A stretch of 62,000 bases of DNA from Wallemia ichthyophaga EXF-994 (Eukaryota > Fungi > Basidiomycota): the NCBI RefSeq assembly GCF_000400465.1, contig NW_008806276.1:1-62000 (forward strand), given 5' to 3'. The position numbers and the translations under genes were made by a program. Positions 58,804-62,000 of this stretch are shown here, one piece after another; positions within the stretch are counted from its first letter, which is position 1; each line of letters opens with the position of its first letter. The notes under the pieces are model-generated. The model had not been told where the DNA came from. It saw only the letters and a list, made by a program, of their open reading frames with translations, and searched no databases.

Positions 58804-60497
58804 ATGATAAATTGGATTAAAAATGTTAAAAATGAAAAATCTAAAGATATCCCAAGTCCCTCACCGGCTCCATTTCTGATTCCCAAGTATCCTTCCACTC
58901 GGCTTCTAATTCTCCCCTTATCGCTCATCCCACTCGTCGCGTACAGCTACAACGTCTTGATGCCAGCCGTGGTTATGGCTATCGTGGCTTTCTGCAGCTC
59001 TATCACTCTCATCCCCTTATCCTCTCACTGTCTCGCTAGAGTGGGCTTGAGAGGCAGGGATCTCCTTAAACCTTACAAGCAGCTGGTGTGGGTTTGGAAA
59101 TAGCTGCTTATTCCCCCTCTCACCCCCAAAAAGCCCCGAATCTCTCGGCATTGTTCCGGCGTGCGTTTTGATCGTGTTGCTCTTCCTATTCACCCCAGTT
59201 TTCTTCGCGAATCACCTCAAAACACACGCTAGCAATCTACAGCCACAATTTCCTCATCATAAAGTGGGTATTTATTACTCACTCACTCAAGCTCACCTTG
59301 ATAGCTCTCCACTTACCTTTCTGCGTTACTCTCCCTCCAAACTGCAACTCTCCTCGGCTTCTTAGACGACCTATTCGATATTCGCTGGAGGTATAAACTG
59401 CCGATCCCCCTGATTGCCAGTATACCCATGTTAGTTGTGTATTTTGCAGAAGGGTGAGTATTTTTTTTTCACGCTAATGTCTCACCTCATACAAAGACAC
59501 TAAACTTCCATAGCGGCATAACAGACGTCGTTATCCCTTTGCCCTTACGCCAGCTACTGGGCCGGGTGGTGCATCTGGGTAGGTGCGAGCAGCAATGATG
59601 TCATGCGCTGACCACCCCGATAACAGGCCCCCTCTACTACATATACATGGCGATGCTATCTACGTTCTGCACCAACAGCATCAATATTCTTGCCGGCATA
59701 AATGGGATAGAGGTGGCGCAAGCGGTTGTGATAGCGGGGAGTGTCGCCATTAATGATCTCTTACACCTGCCCTTATCGCATGGTTTCGTCAGCCATCTCC
59801 CGCAATTCGCTGCTCATTGGTCATCGACCGCTCTCGTAGGCCCCACTACACAGGAGCAAGCTGAGCGCCACCTCTTCTCCCTCTGCTTCATGCTTCCCCT
59901 TATAGGCGCGTCGCTGGGGCTGCTTTATCATAACTGGTGGGTTGATCACGACATTAATAACTAATTACTTAACTCACCAACTCACCATTTTACAATCTCA
60001 TCCTACTCAGGTACCCCGCACGCGTATTCCCCGGTGATACCTACTGTTATTTCGCCGGCATGGCATTTGCGATAGTGGCGGTCTTAGGGCATTTCTCCAA
60101 AACGTTGCTACTTTTCTTCCTACCGCAAGTGATCAATTTCGGTTTGTCGACCCCGCAGCTATTCGGACTGATGGCATGTCCGCGGCACCGTGTGCCGCGG
60201 TATGTGCATGGCACGGGAGTACTTGAACCGAGTCGGGCGTATTTCGACAAGCCGCCCGCCTTCTATGTGAGCGTGCCGCTGCGTGTGCTGAGCGCCGTAG
60301 GCGTTGTGCAGCTGGAGGTAGGCGGCAACGGACGCATTACTTGCTCTACTAACCTCACCCTCCTCAACGCCTTCCTCTGTCTCTTTGGCAAAATGTCGGA
60401 GCGTCAACTCGCTTCTGTCACCGTCGTCTTCCAAGTTGCTTGTTCTGTCCTCGCTTTTGCTGTTAGATATGGCTTGGCGGGGTTGGTGTATGATTAG
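58804..60497 (+). CDS. ALG7: UDP-GlcNAc:dolichyl-phosphate GlcNAc-1-phosphate transferase (DPAGT1), multi-exon
   Basis: GLRGRDLLK, LGFLDDLFDIRWRYKL, FCTNSINILAGINGIE, YPARVFPGDT, GHFSKTLLLFF, CPRHRVPR and NLTLLN. Confidence 0.95.
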
Positions 60498-60667
60498 ATG
60501 TAAGTGTAAGTGTAGATATAGATATAGATGGTTTGCGTGTGCATCGAGTGTGTCGCGTGTATTGCATGCCAAGAAATTTATAATATTCACGTCCGCTCCC
60601 GCTGTGGCTGCTTATCTTGTACCAGCACAGCGAACAAAGCACACACTACAACTTAAATATAAAGACA

Positions 60668-61742
60668 ATGGTAAAAATCGGCAGACTAGATTTAAGCAGA
60701 CCGCCGTCGATTCTGCCTAAATTTCTACAGCATCCGTATGCGCGTCGCTTCGAGGGGAACGAGAGTGAGTAGGGGATGTGCGAGCGAGGAGAAGAAACGC
60801 ACCGCTAACACAGCCACAGAGTACGTGACGAGTCGGTGGAAATTTGGAGTGAGTTATGCGATGGACTGGGTGATCTGCGCAGCGTTGCTAGGGTTGCTGT
60901 ACATCATCAACAATGTCCACGGGTACTGGCGGGAATTCGACCTGAACGATGCGAGTATACGCCACTCGCACACGGAGGATGAGCGCGTACCCCTGTGGTT
61001 GCTGGGTATACTCATAGGACTGGTACCGATCGTGGCCAAGATTCTGCTCAGCACGCAATGGTATCGCTCTTACACGGATCTGCACCACGCGCTGCTTGGC
61101 TTTCTCCTCACAGCTGGTCTCACTCTCTCCACTACCACTGCCGTTAAGGTGCTCGTGGGCAGACCGCGCCCAGACCTCATTGCCCGCTGTCAGCCGCGTT
61201 CTGGCGCGTCTAATGCAGACGTCGGTCTTGCTACTGCGGATGTCTGCACACAAACCGACTTTGAACTGCTCCAGGATGGATTCAGGTCGTTTCCCAGCGG
61301 TCATTCCTCCACCTCGTTCGCTCTGCTGGGCTACCTCAGCTTCTACCTCGCGGGCAAAATGCAGGTTTTCGACACCAAGGGACACACAGTCAAGTCGTGG
61401 ATCTGCTGGGCTCCCTGGATCGGCGCCGTCCTTATCGCAGTGTCGCGCACTATGGACTACAGACATCACGCTACGGATATCATTGCAGGCGGCGTTATCG
61501 GCACTTTCTTCGCTTACGTGTGTTATAGACAATACTACCCACATTTGGGTAACGCAATGTGCCACAAACCGCACAACACGAGGTATGTCGAGAGGAAGGA
61601 TGCTTATAGACTGCCGAGGTATCAGGGGGACGGGGTGGACAGTGTGAGTGAGGAAGGAATGCAAATGGGGACGCTCAATGGAGGTGGACTAGTTGGACAG
61701 GAGAACAGGAGAACAGGGACAACAGGAACAAGGAACGTATAA
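60668..61742 (+). CDS. DPP1: PAP2-family lipid phosphate phosphatase (Dpp1/Lpp1-like), intron 60765-60819
   Basis: All three PAP2 motifs are present: KVLVGRPRP, PSGHSS and SRTMDYRHHATD. The 5' exon from ATG 60668 joins in frame via GTGAGT...CTAAC...CAG. Confidence 0.88.
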
Positions 61743-62000
61743 GATAGTCGATGCATCGTTATATTCTAATATACTGCTCTCTATTCGTAGCAAAGTAGCG
61801 GCTAATATCCTGCTCTAATGATAGTATATACGTCCTTAGATCGTTGAGTTCGGAGGAGAGTGATTGCTGTGGGAGAGTGAGCTGAGTAAAACCGAATAAA
61901 AACACCTACGATACTGGAATTAGTACGCGTATCCTTAACCGACAATTCCTCTGTCAGAGTTGATTTGAGAGTGTCAAAGTCGCCTTCTAATGCGTCGATC

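Noticed and set aside
58804-61742. ALG7 next to a PAP2 phosphatase as a dolichol-phosphate recycling cluster
   Set aside because: The PAP2 protein looks Dpp1/Lpp1-like rather than Cwh8-like, and adjacency is unremarkable in such a dense genome.

Overview
Eukaryotic (fungal) DNA from a very compact, intron-containing basidiomycete-like genome. Wallemia is my best guess, inferred from 34-70 nt introns, tiny intergenic gaps and protein similarity recalled from memory. The window has two compartments. (1) About 1-22,000 is AT-richer and gene-poor. It holds a disrupted Ty3/Gypsy retrotransposon whose 5' LTR ends ~22 bp upstream of a tRNA-Ile(TAT) gene and whose gag carries a nested solo LTR with a 5-bp TSD. 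It also holds a stop-riddled midasin (MDN1) fragment, an intact cutinase-like enzyme beside a dead paralog, an SDR, a metacaspase and several decayed F-box/LRR-like remnants. (2) About 22,000-62,000 is a dense block of conserved genes: CFT2/CPSF2, DUF1749 hydrolase, CAB5, TM-SH3 protein, SEC16, AP beta-adaptin, LIM protein, RPB8, a 24-aa-repeat coiled-coil protein, METTL14/KAR4-like, tRNA-Leu(TAA), MMM1, a small Zn2Cys6 protein, a SYLF protein, 3-hydroxyacyl-CoA dehydrogenase, a CENP-U-like protein, RPL25, GRH1, PRP6, EPL1, FCF2, ALG7 and a PAP2 phosphatase. Three head-to-head pairs have only 18-55 bp between their start codons. All family assignments come from motif recognition by eye; no database search was run. 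I found no clearly new multi-gene system. The best leads are tRNA-targeted and nested retrotransposition, the region of decayed housekeeping-gene copies, the ultra-short divergent promoters and the regular 24-residue coiled coil.
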